Shown: one piece after another, positions 18,956 through 29,146 of the stretch
How positions within the stretch are numbered: the first letter of the stretch is position 1
How the letters are laid out: each line of letters starts with the position of its first letter
From: Candidatus Hydrogenedentota bacterium
GTDB lineage: Bacteria; Hydrogenedentota; Hydrogenedentia; Hydrogenedentales; SLHB01
Direction: 5' to 3'
Length of the DNA stretch: 29,254 nt
Assembly (NCBI GenBank): GCA_029974275.1
Contig: JARKSN010000155.1
Location: 1 to 29,254 of the forward strand
Notes under the pieces: model-generated
The model's database searches: none
Told to the model about the DNA's origin: nothing
What the model saw: only the letters and a program-made list of their open reading frames with translations
Position numbers and translations under genes: made by a program

Positions 18956-19195
18956 ATGGAACGCACGGATTGGCAAGACCACATCGAGATTCTTCCGTAC
19001 ATACACCATGGCGATCCGTGCATAAAGGGAACCCGCATTCCCGTAAGCACGATTCTCGCGAATCTTGCGGAAGGGGCGTCCGCCGATCAGATTATCGGCG
19101 AATATCCTCAGCTACACCCTGACGATATCCTGGCCGCGCTGGGGTATGCGGCGGAAGTGCTGCGCCACGAAATCGTCGTGTCACTGCCGAGCTAA
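18956..19195 (+). CDS. DUF433 family protein (putative antitoxin)
   Basis: I...P.I.HG.P.IKGTRIPV..IL..LA.G....I..EYP.L...DI.AAL.YA; GGAGG RBS at 18945-18949. Confidence 0.9.
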   Translation: MERTDWQDHIEILPYIHHGDPCIKGTRIPVSTILANLAEGASADQIIGEYPQLHPDDILAALGYAAEVLRHEIVVSLPS

Positions 19196-19206
19196 GCGAC
19201 GCCGTT

Positions 19207-19575
19207 ATGCGCATCAAAGTAGATGAAGACCTGCCCCGCTCGGTGACAATGGCCCTGCGCAACGCTGGCTACGAGACAGACAGCGTGCGAGACGAACACC
19301 TTTGCGGCTGTCCCGATGAGAATCTCTGGGGAATTGTTCAACACGAAAAGCGTTTTCTCGTGACGGCGGACAAAGGTTTCGGTGACGTACGCCGTTATCC
19401 TCCGGGCACGCATAGCGGAGTTCTATTGTTGCGACCTGAAAGCGAAGGAACGGATGCATATGTCGATCTTTTGCATCATGTACTGCAAGCATCTACGCTG
19501 GAAAACCTAACGGGGATGGTTTCGGTGGCTTCATCAAGGGGACTGCGCATTCGACGAGAGTCATGGGAAGCATAA
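19207..19575 (+). CDS. DUF5615 family PIN-like protein (putative toxin)
   Basis: MRIKVDEDLP, L...G, D..L......E.R.LVT.DKGFG, HSGVLLLR; immediately follows DUF433. Confidence 0.88.
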   Translation: MRIKVDEDLPRSVTMALRNAGYETDSVRDEHLCGCPDENLWGIVQHEKRFLVTADKGFGDVRRYPPGTHSGVLLLRPESEGTDAYVDLLHHVLQASTLENLTGMVSVASSRGLRIRRESWEA

Positions 19576-19592
19576 GAAAAGCCCTGTTCTTC

Positions 19593-19678
19593 CTCTACGA
19601 ACTCCGCGTTCTCTGCCCTCTGCGTTGAAAAAGACTAGGACCGAACGCAGAGGCGCAAAGGTCGCAGAGATCGCAGAG
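19593..19678. repeat. Inverted heptamer-array element 1 (CGCAGAG units)
   Basis: Left arm 19593-19626 (revcomp aaCGCAGAG-g-GCAGAG-aa-CGCGGAG-tt-CGTAGAG), 17 nt spacer, right arm 19644-19678 (aaCGCAGAG-g-CGCAAAG-gt-CGCAGAG-at-CGCAGAG). Confidence 0.8.
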
Positions 19679-19701
19679 GAAAACGGCGGACACGTAACAC
19701 T

Positions 19702-21111
<1,410 letters not shown>

Positions 21112-21119
21112 GAGAAGCC

Positions 21120-21587
21120 ATGGTCTCGCACAGCCGTCCCGTTCAGACCGTTTTGCAAATGCAGCTTGTTGCCGTCGGCATTGCTCTTGCCCCAATCACC
21201 TACCTGGTTGTCCTGGTCCTCCTTCGCGTGACCGGGACGCTTCCCGCAACCGGTTTTGTCCAACTGCCCGAGGCGACCCAGACGATTCTGAAAGTCGCAT
21301 TGGGCGCCATGGCGCTGCTCACGGCCATCGCGACGCTGCGCATACGCAAACGACTCGAAGCCGCGTTCCTCGCAAAAGCGAACACCATCGCCAGCCGCAC
21401 CCGCATCGTCATCATCACCATGGCCATCTGCGACGCCGCCGCCGTGCTCGGCCTCGTCGTCGGCCTACTCACCGGCGACCTCATCATCGCAGCCGTCGTC
21501 ATGGCCATCGCCATGTCCGCCGCCATCTTTCATTTCCCCACCCGCGCCTGGATTGAACAGGCGGAGGATTTGGCGGCAAAGCAGTAG
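21120..21587 (+). CDS. Hypothetical integral membrane protein (about 4 TM segments)
   Basis: ATG 21120 with AGGAG RBS overlapping the aspA stop; four hydrophobic stretches; ends HFPTR..W; host-like codon usage. Confidence 0.75.
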   Translation: MVSHSRPVQTVLQMQLVAVGIALAPITYLVVLVLLRVTGTLPATGFVQLPEATQTILKVALGAMALLTAIATLRIRKRLEAAFLAKANTIASRTRIVIITMAICDAAAVLGLVVGLLTGDLIIAAVVMAIAMSAAIFHFPTRAWIEQAEDLAAKQ

Positions 21588-21681
21588 AGGGGTCGCTGTG
21601 AAAGTGATAGCGACTACACGCCTGTTTATAGATTGTTCAGTTTGAAGTTCTTGCTCGCGCAATTTCGGGAGGGATATTACG

Positions 21682-22248
21682 ATGGGACGAATCACAGTGA
21701 TCCTCTTTCTGATAGGTCTGATCCTAGAATTCGCCGCATTTCTAGGTGGTCAGACTGCGAATATCCCAATTGTGCTGAAATTGGTCTCGCCGGAATGTGC
21801 ACGTGCCCAATTCGGTATCCAATTGCTTGTCAACAAGAAGATACTTCAGCCAGAAGACCCCGGTTTTTCTGCGGTTTCCAAGATACTTATACAAGCACTA
21901 CAGCCCGGCTATTCTTCGAACAATGGTGGCAAAATATCGGTTGAGAAACTGACATGCGGAGGTCCCGGTATCGGTTTTGGTCCTCAGAGAGCAGGTGAAG
22001 TTCTTCTCGGATCTGTTGTCCTGTCCAACGGTCAGACTATTCCATATGATTTCATGTCGCTTAGACGCCGGGTGGACACGTTACAGAATATCAGTCTTTT
22101 CGCCTATTCACTCGTAGTTTTTCTGGTAGGTGTTATGACCCAATGTTTTGGCTTTTTTGTGGAACACCAGAAAAACAAACGTGCAGGAAAAGCATCAAAA
22201 TTCCATATTGAACAAACAGATACAACAGGTTCTGGGTATAGTTCTTGA
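21682..22248 (+). CDS. Hypothetical membrane protein with N- and C-terminal TM segments, AT-richer than its neighbours
   Basis: GGAGG RBS, 188 aa ORF, hydrophobic ends, many A/T-ending codons unlike flanking genes. Confidence 0.7.
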   Translation: MGRITVILFLIGLILEFAAFLGGQTANIPIVLKLVSPECARAQFGIQLLVNKKILQPEDPGFSAVSKILIQALQPGYSSNNGGKISVEKLTCGGPGIGFGPQRAGEVLLGSVVLSNGQTIPYDFMSLRRRVDTLQNISLFAYSLVVFLVGVMTQCFGFFVEHQKNKRAGKASKFHIEQTDTTGSGYSS

Positions 22249-22375
22249 GTTCTCCTATGCTTTTCAGTCGTCTTTTGTGACGCCGCGTGAAATTTTTCAA
22301 GATCAGAGATAATATGGAATAAGAAGAACTCCCGGCACGTAGAGCAGGTGATAAGGGAGGGAGTCGCGTTTCTTG

Positions 22376-22451
22376 CGTTGTGGATCGTTGTGTCCGTTGT
22401 GGTTTAAATCTGGATGAAGAATAACCACAACGATCACGACGAGTCACGACG
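22376..22451. repeat. Inverted heptamer-array element 2 (CACAACG/CACGACG units)
   Basis: Left arm 22376-22404 (revcomp aacCACAACG-ga-CACAACG-atc-CACAACG), 18 nt spacer, right arm 22423-22451 (aacCACAACG-at-CACGACG-agt-CACGACG). Confidence 0.8.
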
Positions 22452-22479
22452 GAAGAGAGCGATGCAGGTGTGGGCGTCT

Positions 22480-22569
22480 TTCTGTGCGGTTTCTGCGTCT
22501 TTTGTGGCTCTGCGTTAAAAGATGAGTGGCCGTGAACGCAAAGCCGCAGAGCGTGCAGAGATCACAGAG
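22480..22569. repeat. Inverted heptamer-array element 3 (CGCAGAG units)
   Basis: Left arm 22480-22516 (revcomp aaCGCAGAG-c-CACAAAA-ga-CGCAGAA-ac-CGCACAG), 18 nt spacer, right arm 22535-22569 (aaCGCAAAG-c-CGCAGAG-cg-TGCAGAG-at-CACAGAG). Confidence 0.8.
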
Positions 22570-22586
22570 AAGAGAACGGCAATGTC

Positions 22587-22670
22587 GTAGGTCCCGTTTG
22601 TAACGGGACCTCTTGTGAATGCGGCGAGTTGTGTGGAAGCGAAGATGGTCCGATTACAAATCGGACCTAC
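22587..22670. repeat. Inverted GTAG-REP doublet (family B)
   Basis: GTAGGTCCCGTTTGTAACGGGACC at 22587-22610 and the revcomp of GTAGGTCCGATTTGTAATCGGACC at 22647-22670; each forms a perfect 9 bp hairpin. Confidence 0.85.
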
Positions 22671-22723
22671 CGAAGACGTTTGCTTGGCGACGACGAGCTA
22701 TAGGGATGAGGCGTGAGAAGAAA

Positions 22724-22749
22724 CGCCCGGCACAGAGACCGGGCGCTAC
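22724..22749 (-). repeat. Solo GTAG-REP (family A)
   Basis: Revcomp GTAGCGCCCGGTCTCTGTGCCGGGCG, identical to 10118-10143. Confidence 0.88.
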
Positions 22750-22830
22750 GGGATAAAATGCAAGGACGCTTTCACCGTAGAGACATTTGCTTCAAGAGAG
22801 TTGCTGGACAGAGCTAGAGGTTTTGCTGAT

Positions 22831-24129
22831 ATGACCCAATCCACTCCAAAATCGTTTCGGTTGCATATTGGCCTGTTTGGTCGGCGGAACGTGGGCAAGT
22901 CGAGTTTGCTGAATGCGATCACGCGGCAGCAGGTGTCGATTGTGTCGGAGTTCGCGGGAACGACGACGGACCCGGTCGAGAAGCCGATGGAGCTGTTGCC
23001 GTTGGGGCCGGTGTTGTTTATCGACACGGCGGGCATTGACGACGTCGGCGCGCTCGGGGAGTTGCGGATTCAGAAGACGCGGCAGGTGTTCGAGCGGACG
23101 GACCTCGGGGTATTGGTCGCGGAGGCGGGCGCGTGGGGCGAGTTTGAGGAGCGTATCCTCGAAGAACTGGAGTCGCGCGATATCCCGATCATTGTGGTGT
23201 TCAACAAGATCGACGCGGCGCAGCCGGATGCGGCGTTGGCGGAACGTTTTGAGTCGGAGTTGACGCCGGTCGTGAAAACGGCGGCGAACGAGGGGCGCGG
23301 CATCCTCGATTTCCGGCAGGCGCTGCTCGATAGCGCGCCGGAGAGTTTCATCAACAATCCAACGATCCTTGCGGACTTGGTGCCGCCGGGCGAGGTGGCG
23401 GTGTTGGTCGTGCCGATCGACAAGGAAGCGCCGAAGGGGCGGCTCATCATGCCGCAGGCGCAATCGATCCGCGAACTGCTCGACAACGATTCTTATTGCA
23501 TGGTCGTGAAGGAACGCGAACTGCGTAGTGCGCTCGATGCGCTCAAACGTCCGCCGAAGTTGGTGGTGACAGACTCGCAGGCGTTTTTGAAAGTTGCCGC
23601 GGACACGCCGCCGGACGTGCCGCTGACGAGTTTCTCGATCCTCTTCGCGCGGTTTCGCGGTGACCTCGTGACGCAGGTGCTCGGCACGACCGCCATCGAC
23701 AAACTGAAAACCGGCGACCGCATCCTCGTCGCGGAGGCGTGCAGCCATCACCCCATCGCGGAGGACATTGGGCGCGTGAAAATCCCGCGTTGGTTGCAGC
23801 AGTACGTCGGCGGCAAACTCGACTTCACGCATGTGCAGGGCCACGATTTCCCCGAAGACCTCACGCCGTACAAGCTCATCATTCATTGCGGCGCGTGCAC
23901 GGCGAACCGACGCGAGATGCTCAGCCGGATCATGCGCGCGCGACAGGCCGGCATCCCGATCACCAACTACGGCCTCACGATCTCGTACAGTCTCGGCATC
24001 TTCGAGCGCGCCCTCGGGCCATTCCCCGCGGCACTCGAAGCCTACCGAGAAGCGAAAAACGCTGGCCAGCGCACAAACGCATCGCCTGCGGATTGCGACG
24101 CCCCATCGGGCTTGCTGGACGAGCTATAG
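22831..24129 (+). CDS. hydF: [FeFe]-hydrogenase H-cluster maturation GTPase HydF
   Basis: GRRNVGKSS, GTTTDPV, DTAG, NKID, APKGRLI.PQ, VTDSQAF, LTSFSIL.AR, EACSHH...HCGAC, ITNYG; ATG 22831. Confidence 0.97.
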   Translation: MTQSTPKSFRLHIGLFGRRNVGKSSLLNAITRQQVSIVSEFAGTTTDPVEKPMELLPLGPVLFIDTAGIDDVGALGELRIQKTRQVFERTDLGVLVAEAGAWGEFEERILEELESRDIPIIVVFNKIDAAQPDAALAERFESELTPVVKTAANEGRGILDFRQALLDSAPESFINNPTILADLVPPGEVAVLVVPIDKEAPKGRLIMPQAQSIRELLDNDSYCMVVKERELRSALDALKRPPKLVVTDSQAFLKVAADTPPDVPLTSFSILFARFRGDLVTQVLGTTAIDKLKTGDRILVAEACSHHPIAEDIGRVKIPRWLQQYVGGKLDFTHVQGHDFPEDLTPYKLIIHCGACTANRREMLSRIMRARQAGIPITNYGLTISYSLGIFERALGPFPAALEAYREAKNAGQRTNASPADCDAPSGLLDEL

Positions 24130-24252
24130 CCCAACCGCGTACACTGGGCGCGGCCAGGGCTCCGTTTCGGGCAGGTCCCTCTTTGGAATGGGACTATCCC
24201 CGTTTCAGAATAATGAATCGGCGCCTTTTTTGGATAAGGACGCACGTTCCGG

Positions 24253-25332
24253 ATGACGAACGAGACTCTTGAGAAATACGATCTCGATCACGCAAGCATC
24301 GTTGCATGGTTGCGCGAAGAAGACCCTGCGCGTTTGGCCGAGCTGTGGGCGCGGGCCGACGCCGTGCGCAAAGCGCATGTCGGCGACGCGGTGCATCTGC
24401 GCGGACTCATCGAGATATCAAACCACTGCGCACGTGAATGCGGCTACTGCGGGTTGCGCGCGGGCAATCGCGATCTCGAACGCTATCGCATGCCCGAGGA
24501 CGAAATCATCGCGTGCGCGCACGACGCCAAAACCTATCAATACGGCACCGTGGTCCTGCAATCGGGCGAGGACTACGGCATCACGGCGGAGTGGATGGCC
24601 AGCGTGATCCGGCGCATCAAAACGGAGACCGGCCTCGCCGTGACGCTCAGTCTCGGCGAACGCACCGATGAAGAACTCGCGTTGTGGCGCGAGGCCGGCG
24701 CGAACCGGTATCTGTTGCGTTTCGAAACGTCCGACCCCGACTTGTATCGCCTCATCCATCCGCCGCTGAAAGGACGGCCCGAACGTTCGCGCATCGAAAT
24801 GCTGCGCGCGCTGCAATCGCTAGGCTACGAAGCAGGCAGCGGCGTGATGGTGGGCATACCGGGCCAGACCTACGAAACGCTCGCGCGCGACATCGAAACC
24901 TTTCGCGGACTCGACCTCGACATGATCGGCATCGGCCCGTACATCTCGCACCCCGCGACGCCGTTGGGCGAAGGCGCATGGCGACGCCCCATCGACGAAC
25001 ACGATCAAGCCCCAAACACCGAATTAATGACCTACAAAGCCGTCGCGTTGACCCGGCTGGCGTGCCCCGAAGCAAACATCCCCAGCACGACCGCCCTCGC
25101 AACCATCAACACGGCGCAAGGCCGCGAACTCGGCCTGATGCGCGGCGCCAACATCGTCATGCCCAACCTCACCCCGGTGAAATACCGCGCACTGTACGAA
25201 ATATATCCCGCCAAGGCCTGCATCAACGAAACCTCCGGCGAATGCCGCACGTGCTTGACGGCGCGGATTCGATCCATCGGACGCGAAATCGGTCAAGGCC
25301 CCGGCGAACGCAAACGACGTAGCGACGCATGA
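24253..25332 (+). CDS. hydE: [FeFe]-hydrogenase H-cluster radical SAM maturase HydE
   Basis: LRGLIEISNHCARECGYCG, VLQSGED, TLSLGE, RYLLRFET, IPSTTAL, GANIVMPN, YEIY and C-terminal CX7CX2C. Confidence 0.95.
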   Translation: MTNETLEKYDLDHASIVAWLREEDPARLAELWARADAVRKAHVGDAVHLRGLIEISNHCARECGYCGLRAGNRDLERYRMPEDEIIACAHDAKTYQYGTVVLQSGEDYGITAEWMASVIRRIKTETGLAVTLSLGERTDEELALWREAGANRYLLRFETSDPDLYRLIHPPLKGRPERSRIEMLRALQSLGYEAGSGVMVGIPGQTYETLARDIETFRGLDLDMIGIGPYISHPATPLGEGAWRRPIDEHDQAPNTELMTYKAVALTRLACPEANIPSTTALATINTAQGRELGLMRGANIVMPNLTPVKYRALYEIYPAKACINETSGECRTCLTARIRSIGREIGQGPGERKRRSDA

Positions 25333-25997
25333 GCAGAAAGCCCGGAGACGGAAAACTGCGCCGCGCGCACCTCGAACGCTTGATGCACTACTACCATTTC
25401 GTGAGCGAACGAATCGCGCAACATACAAGCCACGCCGTGTCAAGCGCGGAACTCGCCTCCGTGCTAAACATGGACGACACCCAAGTCCGCAAAGACCTGG
25501 CCGCGATTGGCGTTCAAGGCTATCCCCGCGTCGGCTTCAAATGCGCAGAGATCGCCCAAGCCGTGCGCGGCGTTCTTGGATTTGGACAGACATCAAAGGC
25601 CATTCTCGTCGGCGCGGGACGACTTGGCGGCGCCATGGCCGCCTACCGCGGCTTTTCCCAGTACGGCATGACGATCGTCGCCCTGTTCGACGCCGACCTG
25701 AACCGCGTAGGCAGCGTCGTCGGCGGACATGTCGTGCAACCGATTCAATCGCTCGAAATGGCGATCCGCCGGCACGGCGTGCGCCTCGCCATCCTGACCG
25801 TCCCCGCCGAAGCGGCCCAGGAACTCGCCGATCGCCTCGTCGCCGCAGGCATCCGCGCCATCTGGAATTTCGCCCCCACCGGCCTAACCGTCCCCAGCGG
25901 CGTGTTCGTCCGCCACGAACTCATTTCCGTCGGCCTCGCCGAACTGTCCTACTTCCTCAAAGGAACCGAGGGCGAAGACGAAACCCACGGCGCGTAA
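25329..25997 (+). CDS. rex: Redox-sensing transcriptional repressor Rex
   Basis: RL..Y, SSAELA, QVRKDL..IG..G.P..G; Rossmann VGAGRLG; ALFD; AILTVP...AQ; GI.AIWNFAP; ATGA overlap with hydE. Confidence 0.93.
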   Translation: MSRKPGDGKLRRAHLERLMHYYHFVSERIAQHTSHAVSSAELASVLNMDDTQVRKDLAAIGVQGYPRVGFKCAEIAQAVRGVLGFGQTSKAILVGAGRLGGAMAAYRGFSQYGMTIVALFDADLNRVGSVVGGHVVQPIQSLEMAIRRHGVRLAILTVPAEAAQELADRLVAAGIRAIWNFAPTGLTVPSGVFVRHELISVGLAELSYFLKGTEGEDETHGA

Positions 25998-26100
25998 ACC
26001 GGCAAGACCGATTTGACGCGACGCCATTGTCTTAATCGAATAGAAACACTACCCCCCGACCACTCGCACGCGACCCGCAATCCCTCGATATAAATGCACA

Positions 26101-28053
26101 TTATCGGTCCAAGGGCCGGCTCTCTTTCAGCTTCTCCTCGATTCCGTCGCAAAGTTTGTTAGCGGTAACAACGTACGACGCATCTGCGGCAGCCTGCGAT
26201 TCGGGCGAGGCAAGCGGGGCGAGTTTGCCTTCGGATTCGAGCGCGCGGCGTTCAAGGACCGTCGCGACGGCCTCGACGGCAAGTCGTGCATGCGCCGCCT
26301 CGTAGGAACCGGCTTTGCCCTGCTTCAAGAGCGCGGCATGTACCTGTGCGAGCTTCTTCCCGCGCGCACACAGGGCCTTTATCTCATCGGAAGCATCCGC
26401 AGGAACCACCACCTTCGGAAGTTTCTCCACCTTCACGCGCGGCACGCGCACGGGCTTCGTGCCGCCCATCGCGACGCATATCCGCGCGGTCTCGGGCAGA
26501 TCCGCATACGAGAGATGAATCGACATCGCGTCGAACTGTTTCCAGGTCCTGCCATTGATCGTGACCGCCGTGACCGGTCCCGCGCCAATAGTCGACAGAT
26601 AAAGTCGTTTCGTTCCGAAACGAATCGGGAAGCGCTGATCAAGCCGCGTGATGGTCGAGGGGACATGCGGGACCAAGTCGAGCGCATCGGCCCTGTAGAG
26701 ATATTCGAACAACCCGCGAACCATCGCAGCGGGAGGCGCGAAGGTGTCGTAACACAGGTTGATCGGCTCCTTGGGCTGATACACCGCCGCGCCAAAATCG
26801 ACCAGCGGATTGTCCATGCGAAACTGCCGTGCGAACTTCAGAATTGCCTGCATCGTGCGGCGCATCTCGTCGTGCTTGCCGAAACGCGCATACGCCATCA
26901 TCATGCGCCCCTCGCACGTCGACCAATGCCCGCCGTTCACCCATGTCCCATTCGCCCACAGGCCCTCGGGCTTCTCATACATGTCGTCGAGGCCAGGCGC
27001 GTTCGCAAGGATCAGGTCGTGCGGACGCAACTCCGGAATGTCCAGCATCTTGTCAAGAATCCTTTTCGACTGCGCATCATCGGCCACGCGAAAACAAACG
27101 GCGTCGTGATTCGGCGACGCCTCGAAATAGCCATATTGCGCCGCGCCATACACGCCATGCCGCGTGCCGTCCGGATCCAATGATTTGATGAAACAGCCGT
27201 CGGGCCCCGCGAGTTCCGGCAAGCCCTTCCGCGCAAGTGCGCGATGCTCCATGTATTCAGCGGCCCTTGCTTCGTTGCCCGCCAGCTTCTCGACCTCGAT
27301 CAACCGGTCGAGCGCGGCAATATACGTGATCGACAAACCCGCGAGATAAGCCTTGCCATACGTGCCGTCGGGTTTCTTGTAGCCCGCATAGCTGGGCGCG
27401 AGCAAATTGCCCGCAGGTCCCGCGAGAAAAAGATTCGTCTTCGGGTCACGACGCGACTCCACAAACGCCGCCACGCGTTCCAACATCGGCAGGTAATGCG
27501 CGATGGCCTTCTCGTCGCGCGAGATCAGCAGCAACTCGCACTGCATCAACAGACCCGCCGCGCTGAATTCCACGCCCCAATCGTGGATGTCGATGCGGCC
27601 GTCGCCCTGCTTATACATGACCCAGCCCGGCGACGCGCAGTCGCACAGACAACCGTCCGGCGCAACCCACTTGTTTGCGCCCTCGCGCTTGCCATCGCCC
27701 ATCTGACTGAACCACAAGTCCTGCGCATTCTGCAGGAACGTCGTGAAAGGCTCCTCGAAGAACGGCAACGCACAATACGTCGCGCCGTAGCTGTTCTGCA
27801 CCCACCACGCCTCCCACGTCGCCCCCTCAACAAGGCCGTTCCACTTCGGCATGTACAACATGGACATATTTTGAAACTCGGGATCGGGCGCAAACATCCG
27901 CCGCGAAATGTCGAGCAACTGCAGATACTCCACGTCCCCACTGCCCGAGAAATACTTGCCCTCGAACGGTTCCGCTGCGTTCACCGCGGTTGATGTCGCT
28001 CCCAACGCAAACATGGAGCCGGCAATGGAAAGCATGACGGAATGGATAGGCAT
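26101..28053 (-). CDS. Secreted protein, probably an (alpha/alpha)6 six-hairpin glycoside hydrolase-like enzyme
   Basis: ATG 28053 with AGGAGG RBS; signal peptide ending VNA-A; Trp/Tyr/acid-rich helical core with WVNGGHWS resembling the Y.NG..WP motif of (alpha/alpha)6 hydrolases; C-terminal L.L.P..P beta segment. The fold is inferred. Confidence 0.55.
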   Translation of the reverse strand: MPIHSVMLSIAGSMFALGATSTAVNAAEPFEGKYFSGSGDVEYLQLLDISRRMFAPDPEFQNMSMLYMPKWNGLVEGATWEAWWVQNSYGATYCALPFFEEPFTTFLQNAQDLWFSQMGDGKREGANKWVAPDGCLCDCASPGWVMYKQGDGRIDIHDWGVEFSAAGLLMQCELLLISRDEKAIAHYLPMLERVAAFVESRRDPKTNLFLAGPAGNLLAPSYAGYKKPDGTYGKAYLAGLSITYIAALDRLIEVEKLAGNEARAAEYMEHRALARKGLPELAGPDGCFIKSLDPDGTRHGVYGAAQYGYFEASPNHDAVCFRVADDAQSKRILDKMLDIPELRPHDLILANAPGLDDMYEKPEGLWANGTWVNGGHWSTCEGRMMMAYARFGKHDEMRRTMQAILKFARQFRMDNPLVDFGAAVYQPKEPINLCYDTFAPPAAMVRGLFEYLYRADALDLVPHVPSTITRLDQRFPIRFGTKRLYLSTIGAGPVTAVTINGRTWKQFDAMSIHLSYADLPETARICVAMGGTKPVRVPRVKVEKLPKVVVPADASDEIKALCARGKKLAQVHAALLKQGKAGSYEAAHARLAVEAVATVLERRALESEGKLAPLASPESQAAADASYVVTANKLCDGIEEKLKESRPLDR

Positions 28054-28183
28054 GGCGTCCTCCTGCTTCGATATTTCCAAAGTCTTGACCATCTTACACA
28101 CACCCACCATGCCTTTACCAAAACAACACGGCCTCCGAGCATTGCCGCCCAGAGGCCGTTGTGCACTGCCCCTCTCCCGTCCG

Positions 28184-28546
28184 CTACTCGCCCAGCTTCT
28201 GCCTGTTGACAAGCCGCGTGATCCACAAATCGATATACTCCTTGCCCAAGGCCTGCAACACGTCAATGCCTTGGGTCCGCCCAAACGCCAGCGCCGATTC
28301 CCGCGCCAACAACCGCGCCTGACGCCGCTCACGATCCGTCAGCTTCCCATCCGCGCGCGCCTCCTTGATCGCCCGAACATACGTCCGATACGTCTGCTCG
28401 ACGCCCGCCTCAAGAGCCTGCACCGCCATGTCCATGCGCGCGGTCCGCCGCCGCGTGAACCACTCGCCCGATTTCGCCACCGTCCAAATCGCCCCCAAAA
28501 TCCCGCCCAAAAGAGTCAAATTCCCATCCGTCAACAACGCTTCCAT
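28184..28546 (-). CDS. Small protein with one N-terminal TM segment, phage holin-like
   Basis: GGGAGAAGG RBS; TM segment then a basic patch, ALEAGVEQTY, DGKLT..E; the ORF is solid but the function is inferred. Confidence 0.5.
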   Translation of the reverse strand: MEALLTDGNLTLLGGILGAIWTVAKSGEWFTRRRTARMDMAVQALEAGVEQTYRTYVRAIKEARADGKLTDRERRQARLLARESALAFGRTQGIDVLQALGKEYIDLWITRLVNRQKLGE

Positions 28547-28561
28547 ATCCTTCTCCCATGC

Positions 28562-29086
28562 TTACTGCAACATCGCGCGCACATCGATGATGTACCCATT
28601 CACCCCATCGCTCACGTCACGAACGCACGTCATGCCCGGCTTCACATACAAATTCGCCAACGCAAGACAATTGGCGTCCGCCGGAGCTCCCGTCGGATTC
28701 GGCGATTCCGTTCCCGTCTTCACGCTGACGTCCCACGTATCCACCCGCGCCTGCACCACGTCCACCCGCGGATTCGTCACCGGCGGCGTCACGTCGATCG
28801 TTTGCAACGACTCCGACAACGCGTACGGGCTTCCCGAGATGTACGCGTATCCCGGCATCACCAACACCGACAGCCCTTCAGGCGACGTCGCCACAACCTT
28901 CAAATCATCCGCCGTCGCCCCCGCGACCACCCCATCGCCGCCGCCCCACCGCATGTTCAACAAAAAATGCACCAACCCCAACGCCGACTCGATCCGATCA
29001 TCCCACGCATTCAACTTCGACGACCCCACCGGACGTTCCTGATACGTCCACGTCGTCTTCAAATAACCCTTGCCCCTCAATCCCAT
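28562..29086 (-). CDS. Hypothetical protein resembling the N-terminal attachment domain of phage tail or tail-fibre proteins
   Basis: AAGGAA RBS; L.V...LSV.V.PG.AYI.G, NPRVDVV, V..GTES..P..P, LALA.LYV..G, I.D.R pattern; function inferred. Confidence 0.5.
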   Translation of the reverse strand: MGLRGKGYLKTTWTYQERPVGSSKLNAWDDRIESALGLVHFLLNMRWGGGDGVVAGATADDLKVVATSPEGLSVLVMPGYAYISGSPYALSESLQTIDVTPPVTNPRVDVVQARVDTWDVSVKTGTESPNPTGAPADANCLALANLYVKPGMTCVRDVSDGVNGYIIDVRAMLQ

Positions 29087-29146
29087 TCCAACGTTTCCTT
29101 TCCCGCCTCATCGCGAACAAAGCGACCTATTTACGCATCCGCCTTT

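Noticed and set aside
22612..22630. TTGTGAA as a Rex operator upstream of hydF
   Set aside because: Half-site only; no TTCACAA partner at the right spacing.
22250..22750. CRISPR array or integron attC interpretation of the repeat cluster
   Set aside because: There are no identical direct repeats with regular unique spacers and no cas genes. Matching arms are arranged GTT-spacer-AAC, the reverse of attC (AAC...GTT), and no integrase is present.
24130..24252. GGGACTATCCCC mini-palindrome between hydF and hydE as a third repeat family
   Set aside because: Single short copy in the window; not enough support.
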